Source: a virus
Strand: one strand, 5' to 3'
IMG/VR virus record: IMGVR_UViG_3300042444_000045
Coordinates: 1-64,000 of that record
DNA: 64,000 nucleotides
Shown: positions 39,701-49,300 of the stretch, one piece after another
Layout: each line of letters begins with the position of its first letter
Numbering within the stretch: the first letter of the stretch is position 1
Notes under the pieces: generated by a model
Seen by the model: only the letters and a program-made list of their open reading frames with translations
Database searches by the model: none
What the model was told of the DNA's origin: nothing
Made by a program: the position numbers and the translations under genes

Positions 39701-41383
39701 TCCCATTAAACCAACACCTGAATATCTTCTACTTTCTGGATAAAAGTTTTTAATATCATTTTGAATCTTAGTAACTCCTGGTGCCCAGTCCATTTCATTT
39801 GATGGAGTTGGTAATTGATATTGATTAGCTGGAGGTGTAACAGGAGGTACTACAGGTGGAACAACTGGTGGAATAACCGGTGCTGTAACTACAGGATTTG
39901 TTGCTACAGGAGCTTGAGTAGCTGCTGGAGTTGTTGGTCCTGATCCTACTTCTTCTTTAACTGTAGTAGCTTCATTTCCAGGTGTATTCTTATCTACTTC
40001 TTTAAGAGATTCCTTATTTACAGCATCTATTGCAAGATTAGTATATGTTTTAACAGCATCAAATGTTCTAGTTTTTTTCCTTGACGCAGTACTACTTGAA
40101 CCATAACCATACATTTCTGCAGACATTGGATTGCTGAGTTGTTGTAGTGGTGATGGATCAAAATACATTGTGTACTGTTTTGGACCAAAGAGTCCAGACT
40201 TTCTTACATCAACTTCTCTGAGGTTTGGAATGTTACCAAATCTCTTCATAGATCTTCTATAGAAGCCTCTAGGAAGATCATCTCCTACAATCATACCATT
40301 CCTAGCTTTTACTGTTTGATTCATTGGCTCACCAAAGATTCCACTAGTAGCTTGAGAGTATAATTGTAAGTGATGCATTGGATTCTCTACATCTTGCTCA
40401 GGCATAGGTACACCACCTTCTTGCATCATCTGATCATACTGTTGTTCAACCTGATTTTGCATTGCAGACATTTGGGCATCATTCTTTACAGTATCTGTAA
40501 ATAACTTTAATCTACCCTCTCTAAAGTTTGCTCCTGTTGGGTCACCTTGATTTGGATCTACATCACTTTCATTTGTTCCTCCCATTTGTTTTTTGAGAAG
40601 GCCCATAACAGAACTTACATACTTCTTCTTTGCTTTTTTATAAGCACCACCATTTTGTAGTCTAGAATAATCTACAGTTGTGTTAGCAAATTCTTTTTCA
40701 GCATAGGGTGAAGTTGACTCTTCATCAGAGTTCCATGCCATTTGTGAGACTAGATCATAACCCATCATTGGTTGTACTAAAGCTTCATAGTTCTCAGCAC
40801 TTGGTAGTGCAACATCATACTCTCCACCATCCTGATATCTTCTTCTTGTAGTACCACCGTATCTTTGTTCAGCAAGTGGGTCTAAGGCTTCATCAAGAAT
40901 ATCTGGACCTTGATCTGAATCTTCCATTACAATATCTGAACCTGTGTCATCAAATAGATCATAATCAATATCCTGTTCAGGGTTCTCTGTGATTATGGCA
41001 TCTTTTGTTAAAGGAGCTTCTTTCTGTCTTGGTTGACCTGTTTCCTGCTCATAGGTTCTATCATCTTCTTTCTCAATATCCTCTGTGAGTTTTTCAGCAA
41101 TTGTAACATACAATTCAGTAGCTGCATCAATAGGCACACCCATAATATTTACTAACTGGAAGAGCGTCTTTTCTTTTGCTACTTGGTTAGTAATATCATT
41201 AACAACAAACTGAATTAACTGATTAGTGTTATCTTGTTCTTGTGCTGGTTGTGCTCCTGGATATGCTAGCATAGATGGATCCGGAGTTCCTCCCATTTGT
41301 GCTTTAGCAAGGAACTGGGAAGTTTTATTTACATACTTACCGTTACCATCTGGAGCCTTATAAATTCTTACTTTTTTCTTCAT
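36782..41383 (-). CDS. Putative virion protein, largely low-complexity, with about 13 xxxGG motifs
   Basis: 1533 aa. It has a duplicated DVRKSG-x3-PKxYTxY module, a PPVV linker and acidic disordered stretches. Confidence 0.55.
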   Translation of the reverse strand: MKKKVRIYKAPDGNGKYVNKTSQFLAKAQMGGTPDPSMLAYPGAQPAQEQDNTNQLIQFVVNDITNQVAKEKTLFQLVNIMGVPIDAATELYVTIAEKLTEDIEKEDDRTYEQETGQPRQKEAPLTKDAIITENPEQDIDYDLFDDTGSDIVMEDSDQGPDILDEALDPLAEQRYGGTTRRRYQDGGEYDVALPSAENYEALVQPMMGYDLVSQMAWNSDEESTSPYAEKEFANTTVDYSRLQNGGAYKKAKKKYVSSVMGLLKKQMGGTNESDVDPNQGDPTGANFREGRLKLFTDTVKNDAQMSAMQNQVEQQYDQMMQEGGVPMPEQDVENPMHHLQLYSQATSGIFGEPMNQTVKARNGMIVGDDLPRGFYRRSMKRFGNIPNLREVDVRKSGLFGPKQYTMYFDPSPLQQLSNPMSAEMYGYGSSSTASRKKTRTFDAVKTYTNLAIDAVNKESLKEVDKNTPGNEATTVKEEVGSGPTTPAATQAPVATNPVVTAPVIPPVVPPVVPPVTPPANQYQLPTPSNEMDWAPGVTKIQNDIKNFYPESRRYSGVGLMGSSDYYAYNNQLGKWQYIPGDGESTVFKDVKDQSLIDRLDKGDAKTLDAFTIKDKPGYYYRKRMDGSFAKYKGDPKKHNSSTRPIAYITKKDKSYNYLDNKYWFENEGTTVLNYKQQGGFVTDPFNNPMEPLQRFVGGGYDPSINDLSENQIQYMDSKDVTDAYMQGGGFIKNFIPANLTRSRQNDVVQRIYNPVTGETRQGGPGAGNYLSAIDVRKSGITGTPKKYTIYYGSEGDPRYENLISLDGAKGKDTKSTQRSQKQQALENAGYGDRTDVTGLKGKSKRAIRQGERKRDRELKKLYEEDPTNVEFTAIDQNAPFDYTQPKPELSAQDYLTTSWGDVRGDLNSDLQTNLDEFLKTDPTPEQIDDKVAELLDQRSRDMAPDPSFFASPEQEKINRESLQRNPMMMGFNRGPATTQENVIEGNNVTEESDVVQGNDIIQEGDSSLPKVDIPAANIPTALPEVPVTNPEDIDMDPNSAAEMEFERQLLDQGSYYPDMAFQDYMSTVGPMSNETDSIVPFEEQYMVGQQPYNPDEALVTPGMIDYNFIQNPEAAYEARLQELNPMIDMGAWSGTAYPADILQPGVNPFELPVGGGEYYYPPFAQPTAPVPSRNNQPTNRPAPSGPSLDQLRAQQRRNPNAGKDYTFKPNMAGMKKDPDYVRAMQNARKDGIVTNQEAENASRIFKQKQAEQEKAKVADQAQRTINQIMNSSASTAEKNKAREKVVLQMEQRWDEIDRVANSRKYGGALSKFVGGGNNQPFTGESPIAYTNNPMMQGKSDLDLISLNSGIQGAQGQVNWGAMSSQGIVNQKNDDGSVSYGVDATYKGPQAPEIKIDPMQQEEFQVAKTYSEPLAIDVKNKLSQGEREARLIAGNSLMRGVAGFKNRRDDTKQMEGFYDNLTADNLYASDPSRDRGDYAESGLYRPDEQGQTWYGRSAQMGGYVDDDFEDGEEVYMTDEEIKEYMANGGQIQFI

Positions 41384-41396
41384 TATACAGTGTATA

Positions 41397-41445
41397 TACT
41401 AAATATAGTAAATTAAAATTTAAACAGTAAACTTATTAAGTTTAC
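41397..41445 (-). promoter_or_regulatory. Putative late promoter with upstream palindrome
   Basis: Minus-strand TTTACTATATTTAGTA plus the perfect inverted repeat GTAAACTTA-T-TAAGTTTAC at 41427-41445. Confidence 0.5.
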
Positions 41446-44400
41446 ATCTCTTCTATAATCCAACCACCTTTTTTGTACTCTTTGATCTCAGCATCTGATA
41501 GTTCCATTATAATGCCACCATCAGAATAACCTTTCTTACCAAAATTAAAATTGCCAGTCTTTAATCTTTGAAGTTCATTGTATTGTCTTTCTGTTGCTAT
41601 ACCATTTTGTCTTTTTACACTAGCAATTAAATCTTTATAAAACTGTTTATTTGAATTAGATAAACGTCTACTATCATAAGTATTTAATAACTGAGTAAAG
41701 TAATCTGGATTTTTAATTTCATATTTAGACATATCCATACTACCTAAACTTGATTTAAAAGTCTTAGGAGATCCTGGTAATTCTTTAGATACCTCTTTAG
41801 GAATTTCATATCCAAACTTATCTTCTAATCTTTGCTTAACAGGTTTATCTAAATTATTCCAATCAAATTGACTTTTTGGATTATCTACATAATTAAGGTC
41901 TACAAGTTTATATGAATCAGTTGCCGGATCATACATCATATTATTTTGACCAAAATAATCTATACCAACTTTATTCTCATCTAAAAGTTCAACCATGTAT
42001 TGCAGTTCACGTTTAGCTTTATCTGAAGGTACACCAAAACCAAGAGGTTTATTTATTGGATTTTCTGCACTTAATGGATTACCTTTCCATGGCATAAATT
42101 GTACAGCTTCTGAATTTGACCTTATTACAGTATTACCTTTTACTTTAGGTATTTTTAATGTAAAAGCTTTTGTAGGAAATGCAACATTTTCCATAAGTGG
42201 CATTCCTTCTAAATCTTTACCAGTTTGAACTAAGTTAGCTAAGTCTTCTGAGCTTCCAGGAAAAGTTCCTATTTTAACTACCTCATCTGGATTTAAAGTA
42301 TTAACAAATATTCTACCTTGTCCTCCACCTAACTTTGTACCTTGTTCAGTTAATACCTGTTTTATAGGGAGTTTAGTTCTTCTAAGATTTCTTGCTTCTA
42401 TAGCTTTTTCTATTTCCAATCTTTTTAGTTGTTCTTCTTGTTGAAGAGGTATTCTAGTATTTCTATTTTCAAAACCAGGATACTTATCTAATAATGCATT
42501 TTCTCTTTTATATGAGCTTTTAATTTTAGCATCATCAACAAATTTATTTAATTTACCTACAGGGTCTTTCCAACTAGTTCTACCCATTGCAGAACTATAT
42601 AAACCAGGTGTTTCTAATATCTGTTCAGGTGTTTTAAACCATGCTTGTGGATTTGTTTTTGCAAGATCAACTCCTGCACTTCCAGCTTTATATGCACCCT
42701 TTGCTAAATTAATTCCAAGTTCTGGTATAGCCTCAAGTCCAGCATATGTCAATGGGTTAAGTGCAGTTACATCAGTATCTGTAACATTAGCCATTTTTTC
42801 TCCGCTATACCAACTAGGCATTTCTTTATAACTAGATCCAGTTGATAAGCCAGTATTTTTTAAATAGTTTGCAGGAATTGTTCCAGGTATTTCTAAAGCT
42901 GCAAATGATTCTAAACCTCCTATAGGAATAGAAAATGGCAGGTCAATATCTGTAAATGGAATCTTAGTCATTTTAGCATTTAAAATTTCTTGAGATTCTT
43001 TTTGAGTAAGTCCAGGCATATTACCTTTGTTCATTGCATCTCTTAGTTCAGGACTAAATTTTGATGCAAGCGTAGCTAATCCAGCAAGTGTTCTATCCCA
43101 ATAAGTAGGTTGCAATTTAGAACCATATTTAGATTCAGCAACAATCCCTCTCTGAGTATCATTAAGCTTATCTACATACTGAGTCCTTCTATTTGGATTC
43201 CATCCTTCTTGTCTACTTACTTTTTTTACTACAGCAGTATTTTTGTTATAGTCATATTCATTTTTAAAATTATCTACAAGATAATCTGGCCAGTTATAAC
43301 TAGAGATAGCATTTTTATTACCGTATCCTGTTTTGGTACCCCACTTATCTATAATAAGATTTTTATTATTTTTTAAGTACTGTTTTTTCTTTTTATTAAT
43401 AAATTCTTCTTCAGGGTGTCTTTTTTTATAATCTCTTGCAGCTTTACCCCAATTAGTAAGTTTACCTTGAACAACAACTTCTTGTTCATCTAGTATGTAA
43501 CCTGCAGTTTCATTTGGATCATATGTTCCCGGTTGAAACTGTGTTTTCTTACGCTTAGGTTCTCCACCTTCTTGTTTATAATCTATAAAGTTATTAGATA
43601 TTATATCTTGTAACTTTTTTCTGTACTCTCCTTCATTAAACAATTGATCAGCAGCTAATCCTCTTGCTCCCCATTTATAAGCAGCCTCTGCATATTGTTG
43701 AGCATTAGCATATTTTAAACCTTCTTCTAAATTATCCGGATCTAGTTTTCTATAGTTATTGCTTAAGAATTTTTTTCTATAAACATTTAAATCTTCAAGA
43801 GGAACATTTTTAATAGACCTACCTGTAACTTTATCAAATGGTGCTACACCATAATTATCTGTTCCAGCAACTCTTGATGACCAGGTGTAATTAGAATTAT
43901 CAGGCTTTAACTCAACTGCAAATAAACCTTTATAATTTTCATCAGGTTTTTTTCCCATTCCAAAAAATGGTGTATCCACTGTTAATCCTGATTTCATTCT
44001 CATTGGTGCAGGAGCTTGTGCCCCACCTTTGTTAATTAAATCTTGTAATCCAGCTTTATTGCCAATTTTTCTATATTTTAAATTTTTATTAGGAATACTT
44101 GTTAATTCATTTTTAGTAAAAGGAGTTAATGGTCTAGTTAAAAAGTTTCTATCAAAACCAGATTTTAAAATTTCATCTGATGAATTTGGAGATCCTGGTA
44201 ATTCTCTTGGAACTTCTGGATATCCTTTTAACCAATGTGGTTTGTTGCTTATATTTTCTTGTAATCTAAATTCATCTAGATACTTTAATGGTATTGATAA
44301 TTTATCAGGATCTGTCAAATCTTCTCCAAAATATCTAGGGCTATCAATTATAGCCTGAGGTTGAGTATCTGTTCTTTTTATAAAAAATCTAGAATCATTA

Positions 44401-46304
44401 TTAAGTTCATGCCATCTACTTGTATTTTGAGCTGCTATATATGGTAAATTATCTGGATCAGCTTTTAAATGAAAATAATCTACTTTATTTGATAAATTTT
44501 CTATTTTGTTATATTGATTAGGAATAAATGGATGTTTTATAAGTTCTCCTTCTTTTGGTAAATTTAAAAAAGGAATTTTATTTGCAAATGGATTTACTTT
44601 ATAAGCATTAGAAAGTAATCCTTCTTTTGTACCTATAAATCTTCCAAGTTCAGATGCTGTAGTTTTTGTTCCTTGATATAAAGGACTTAACATATTAGCT
44701 CCCCATAAATCTAATACACCTGTTGCCACATCTGCAGCGGCTTCACCATATTTACCTTCTTGTATTTTTCCTGGAGCAGGAAGTAATCTATTTACTATTG
44801 CATCTCCTGCAAAACCAGAAGCCAGGGCATTACCATAGGTAGCTCCTGCTATTCCACTCATACCAGGTAATGAAGTATTAAATGCAGTTTGAAGATACGG
44901 TAATGCTGCACTACCAACTGTTTCAGCAGCAGTCCATGCTCCAGGCGCAACTGTAGGCCCAAAAGCAGCAACTTGCCATAACCAATCCATCATATCTAAT
45001 GGTTGTTCATGCTGCATATTTTGAGTCATTTGATTTTCATAGGCAGCTATACTAGCGGCCTTTTGAGATTCTATTTTTTTTGCTAATTCTTGATCAGCAA
45101 GTACAACAGAATTTTTTAATCCTTGTAATTGTTTTTCTCTAGCAATTGCATTTTTCTGACTTGTACCTGCTGCATTTTCCCAAACAGTTTGATTAATTAC
45201 TGGTTTAGGTGCACCTTGAACTGGTCTTATTTCTTCAACTGGTTTTGGTTGTCCAGGAAAAAGAGCAACAGCATTCTTATTTAATTCAGCTGCTCTTTTA
45301 CCCTCAGGATCATTTATTGGTATAAAATTATTGCCTGTGCTCTTATTACTAATATACCATTGATTACCTATCTTTTTATATGAAGCATTTGGATTTCCAG
45401 CATATGTATAAATTTGCCCACCATCAGGATATTCATCAATAATAAAACCACCTTTTCTATACTCCTCTATTTCTTCTTCTGTAAGCTCTGCTTCTATATA
45501 GTCTTCTTCTGGATTTTCTTTTCTATAAGACTCATCTGGAGTTATCTGTTTATAATTTTCTGCAAAGTACATTGCATCTTCAGGATTGTCAAATCTTATA
45601 GCTTCTGCAGACTCTGGACCAAAATCACCAAGCATAAGTTGACCATTAACATCTTGTATTAATGGTACTGCATAGTTATCCATAGATGCCATAAAATGAG
45701 TTCCTATCATACCGTCACCAAAGTCATAAGGTTGGTCCGGTGCAACTACCATTCTCTGAGCAGCAGGATTATCATGCATTTGAGCATATGCCAATCTTGC
45801 TTTCATCATAGCATTATTAGCAGCATCTATTTCTTCTTGGGACATTACACCACCATCTTGGTACTGAGCATTAGGATCAAATACTTTTCTTTTCTTAGAC
45901 TTGGGTTTTGAAAATAGTGGGTTCTCAGTAAATAATCTATTAGTAGCTTCCAGACTCCTTGAAAATTTTTTAGATGCTAGACCTTTTTTACTTGGCTTTG
46001 GCATTTTAACCAAACTCTTAGGTGTACCACCCTTCTTAAGTTCAGGATACTCATCCACATAATCTGCACCTGGAAAAGTATACTCACCACCAGGATACAT
46101 CATCTGTGGTTCTCCCATATTAGGGTATGCCATAACAGGATATGGTACACCCTGCATTGTAATTTTGTCAGATGGAATTCTTGTTATCTCACCCGGGTGT
46201 GCCCATTGTCCTCTTGGATCTTCAATAATATTTTTAGGTGTAGCAAATCTCTTAGTCTTATTTAACTCTCTAGTAGCTTTGCTTAATACTTTTTTGTTAC
46301 CCAT
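41442..46304 (-). CDS. Modular (polyvalent) virion protein containing a protein-kinase-like domain
   Basis: 1620 aa. Kinase-like motifs LGGGQGRIF, VVKIG, IDYFGQNNMM and YKLVDL at about 41820-42360. It also has repeated ELPGSP linkers and GG motifs. Confidence 0.6.
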   Translation of the reverse strand: MGNKKVLSKATRELNKTKRFATPKNIIEDPRGQWAHPGEITRIPSDKITMQGVPYPVMAYPNMGEPQMMYPGGEYTFPGADYVDEYPELKKGGTPKSLVKMPKPSKKGLASKKFSRSLEATNRLFTENPLFSKPKSKKRKVFDPNAQYQDGGVMSQEEIDAANNAMMKARLAYAQMHDNPAAQRMVVAPDQPYDFGDGMIGTHFMASMDNYAVPLIQDVNGQLMLGDFGPESAEAIRFDNPEDAMYFAENYKQITPDESYRKENPEEDYIEAELTEEEIEEYRKGGFIIDEYPDGGQIYTYAGNPNASYKKIGNQWYISNKSTGNNFIPINDPEGKRAAELNKNAVALFPGQPKPVEEIRPVQGAPKPVINQTVWENAAGTSQKNAIAREKQLQGLKNSVVLADQELAKKIESQKAASIAAYENQMTQNMQHEQPLDMMDWLWQVAAFGPTVAPGAWTAAETVGSAALPYLQTAFNTSLPGMSGIAGATYGNALASGFAGDAIVNRLLPAPGKIQEGKYGEAAADVATGVLDLWGANMLSPLYQGTKTTASELGRFIGTKEGLLSNAYKVNPFANKIPFLNLPKEGELIKHPFIPNQYNKIENLSNKVDYFHLKADPDNLPYIAAQNTSRWHELNNDSRFFIKRTDTQPQAIIDSPRYFGEDLTDPDKLSIPLKYLDEFRLQENISNKPHWLKGYPEVPRELPGSPNSSDEILKSGFDRNFLTRPLTPFTKNELTSIPNKNLKYRKIGNKAGLQDLINKGGAQAPAPMRMKSGLTVDTPFFGMGKKPDENYKGLFAVELKPDNSNYTWSSRVAGTDNYGVAPFDKVTGRSIKNVPLEDLNVYRKKFLSNNYRKLDPDNLEEGLKYANAQQYAEAAYKWGARGLAADQLFNEGEYRKKLQDIISNNFIDYKQEGGEPKRKKTQFQPGTYDPNETAGYILDEQEVVVQGKLTNWGKAARDYKKRHPEEEFINKKKKQYLKNNKNLIIDKWGTKTGYGNKNAISSYNWPDYLVDNFKNEYDYNKNTAVVKKVSRQEGWNPNRRTQYVDKLNDTQRGIVAESKYGSKLQPTYWDRTLAGLATLASKFSPELRDAMNKGNMPGLTQKESQEILNAKMTKIPFTDIDLPFSIPIGGLESFAALEIPGTIPANYLKNTGLSTGSSYKEMPSWYSGEKMANVTDTDVTALNPLTYAGLEAIPELGINLAKGAYKAGSAGVDLAKTNPQAWFKTPEQILETPGLYSSAMGRTSWKDPVGKLNKFVDDAKIKSSYKRENALLDKYPGFENRNTRIPLQQEEQLKRLEIEKAIEARNLRRTKLPIKQVLTEQGTKLGGGQGRIFVNTLNPDEVVKIGTFPGSSEDLANLVQTGKDLEGMPLMENVAFPTKAFTLKIPKVKGNTVIRSNSEAVQFMPWKGNPLSAENPINKPLGFGVPSDKAKRELQYMVELLDENKVGIDYFGQNNMMYDPATDSYKLVDLNYVDNPKSQFDWNNLDKPVKQRLEDKFGYEIPKEVSKELPGSPKTFKSSLGSMDMSKYEIKNPDYFTQLLNTYDSRRLSNSNKQFYKDLIASVKRQNGIATERQYNELQRLKTGNFNFGKKGYSDGGIIMELSDAEIKEYKKGGWIIEEM
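41767..44205. repeat. 18-bp exact direct repeat GGAGATCCTGGTAATTCT at 41767-41784 and 44188-44205
   Basis: Read directly from the sequence. Both copies encode ELPGSP on the minus strand. Confidence 0.8.
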
Positions 46305-49300
46305 TATCTGAGAGATATTTGATTTTTACTATTTACAATTTTTAAGATCATGTTAGTATCTGAACTGTCTTCTCTAATTAAAGTTAAGTAATTTAAGTAA
46401 TGTCTAAACTTCTTTCTTTGTAATTCAGATTTATTGTAATCCAAGTTTGTTGGATTAAGAGTTCTCTTATAACCATTGGATTCAGTAAACCAAATATTTC
46501 TATCTGCATAGTTACCTTGTAGTACAGTTGTATCTGGAATCACCGGTCCTGTTGGTGGATAGTCTGATCCTACTGGAAACTCTGATCTATCTTTTGTAAT
46601 ATCCCAGAACTGGTTAAATCTATACTTGTTCTCTTCTTTACTAAATAAGATATCAAAAGAAGATAAGTTAGATTGATTTACCTTAGGATAAGTCTCACTT
46701 AAGGTTACATTGTTCTTAGGAAAGATATTAAGATTTAAATATCCTGACACCTGTTCAGAATTATAGACTACAGCCTTATCAAAGTTATAATCTAAGACAT
46801 GGAACTGATCAATACAGTTTTGTGGTCTTCTTCTATAACATTCTAGTATATATTCAATAGACTTAACCGTAGTAACTGTTTGACCAGTGATGATTGGCAT
46901 TTCTATTTCAAAAGGATACTGATCACCATAGAAGTTACAGAAGCTTGTACAGCCTTCATTATGTTTCCAGATACCATTTTTCTTGGTAGTTAGGAATACA
47001 TCTTTCGTGCCCATATTTAAATCAGGATGCCAGTCATGGAATGAAATCCAGAATTCATTTTTAGGGTCATAACTTATTGTCCAAGATGCATCTTCAAATA
47101 ATAATGGGTTACCAAGTTGATATATACCAGGTTGTACAGTACCATTAGCATTTTTTATTTGGAAATAATCACCCTGACCTTTTTGAGGCCCTGAAGTAAT
47201 TAGAGGCACATATATAATTGTACCTGTAAAACTTGGAGACTTCCATTTTTCTAGTAGTTGGTAATCTCTTTTAGAAAAATATAAGATACTGTTTTCATTA
47301 TCATATATAGACTGACAACCAATACCAGATACAGGATTGTCCTGATATGGGTAATCTGGAAAATCATTGGTAAGCTTATATGGAAGGAAGTTATTAAACC
47401 ACCACTTAAGACCAATTTGAGAGATCTCTTTTAGATTGCCCCCAAGTGAGAATATCTTAGCTTGGTTTTGTGAGATATAATAAATACCAGCTGGAGTAGA
47501 AATTACAGATAGTCTATTCTGTGATGAACCATATTCAAAAGATTGATCTGCATTAATCACAGACTGTCCCGGTTGACTAAATAGACCGCCATCTCCAATA
47601 GTAATCTTAGTACCAAGATCTGTTTGTAGGGTATCTACACCCTGAAACATTAACGGACTATTGTTCTTAAATGTAATTACAATACCATTTTTATTAATTG
47701 ACTTAACACCTGAAATCTGAGACTGGAATTCTTTGTAATTATTTACTAAGAATACAAACCAGCTATCTTTAATTGCTTCCTGTTGTTGTGGAAGAGAATA
47801 GATAATTCTATCAGGAAAATAAGTATAACACAGTTTGGCTATGTTAGGATTGTAGTATCTGCTCTGTAAGTTACCTGCAGAAAAGTACTGACTAAATGCT
47901 TTTGTAATACTTAATGAGTAATCATATCTGTATTCATTACCTCTAGTAATAATCTGCGGATCCATATTAAACATACTAATAAGATCAGTATATCCATATG
48001 GGTCATAGTATTTTTCGGACTCTGTAATACCCTGTATTCTAAAGTCTACAAGCACCTCAGACTCAACAAAGAAATCTCTTACTGAAGAAACAGCCAAGTA
48101 GAAGTAACAATCCTTTGGTCTAAAAATACCAGGATAGTTTCCAGCTGTATTGTTTCTATAATTAAAACCATCAAAGTCCATTGAATAGAACTGAGTAGGT
48201 TTCCAACCAGTTCCCGGAGGGTTACCACCACCAAAATATTGAGTAAGGATATTTGAAAAATCAGATATATCATACTTAATAGAGTTAACCCAGAACTTAG
48301 GTTCTGGTATCATCTGTCTTAGTATATAGTTAAATTCAAAACCATCAGGTTGACCATATAACCAGTCATAGAAAAAGAACATTGAGTTCTTCTCAGTATA
48401 TCTGTTTACAAAAGTATCCCCACCAAAGAATATTGGGGTAAGTGTAATTTTATTTATAGTGTATTGAATACCTGTTGAACACGTGTATTGCTCTGGCCAT
48501 ATATGATTTACATAGTAACTATCATCTAGTTTCTGCTCACATGGTGTTATTGCTATCTGTTTTACAGATTCAAGTTGACCATACTGATTTCTCTTTCTAA
48601 CTTTAATAGCACCATAGTGACTTGCAATTGGAAGAGAGAAGGGTGTTGAAATACTTCTATCATCAAAAGATGGCCCAGAAATATTACCCCAGGCATTACC
48701 TTGACTAGAAGCATTATTTTCAAAATATGACATTGTCACAAGTGACTTATCATAGTACCCATTAGCACTATTTAAAATAAACTTAGGACCCAGATCTACA
48801 CCATTAGGATATGCCGGTTGGAAGTATGGACCACTCATAGTTCTTAATACAACTGAGTCAGATCTTTTAAGATTGTTAATTGAGTATCTTCTATTTACAA
48901 CAGCAGGCCATTGAGATTGATAATAGGGAACCTCTTGTATATTACCTCTAATATAAAAAGCATCATCTATCTTTAATCTAGTAACATAGGGCTGGGAAGC
49001 TCTTTGAATAAAACTAGGTGGTAAAAAACTATCATACAATCCGTGTGATATCATTTGGAGTGCATACTGATCAAATGGTATGAATGCATAGATTACTCCA
49101 AGTGTTGCATCTGCACCTTCTGAGAAGTAATAGAAAAATTTATTGAGAGCACCTAGAACATTACTTACAGCACTAAAAAAGGATACGTTACCAGCAGATT
49201 CCAAATATGTTGCCGCAGATAATTCTACATCAATATCTGGTGCAGTAAATGTACCTCCAACTTTAAAACCAGTTTTATAATTAAAGCCTTCAAAGATTTC

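Noticed and set aside
39835-39885. PPVV repeat
   Set aside because: An ordinary low-complexity linker.
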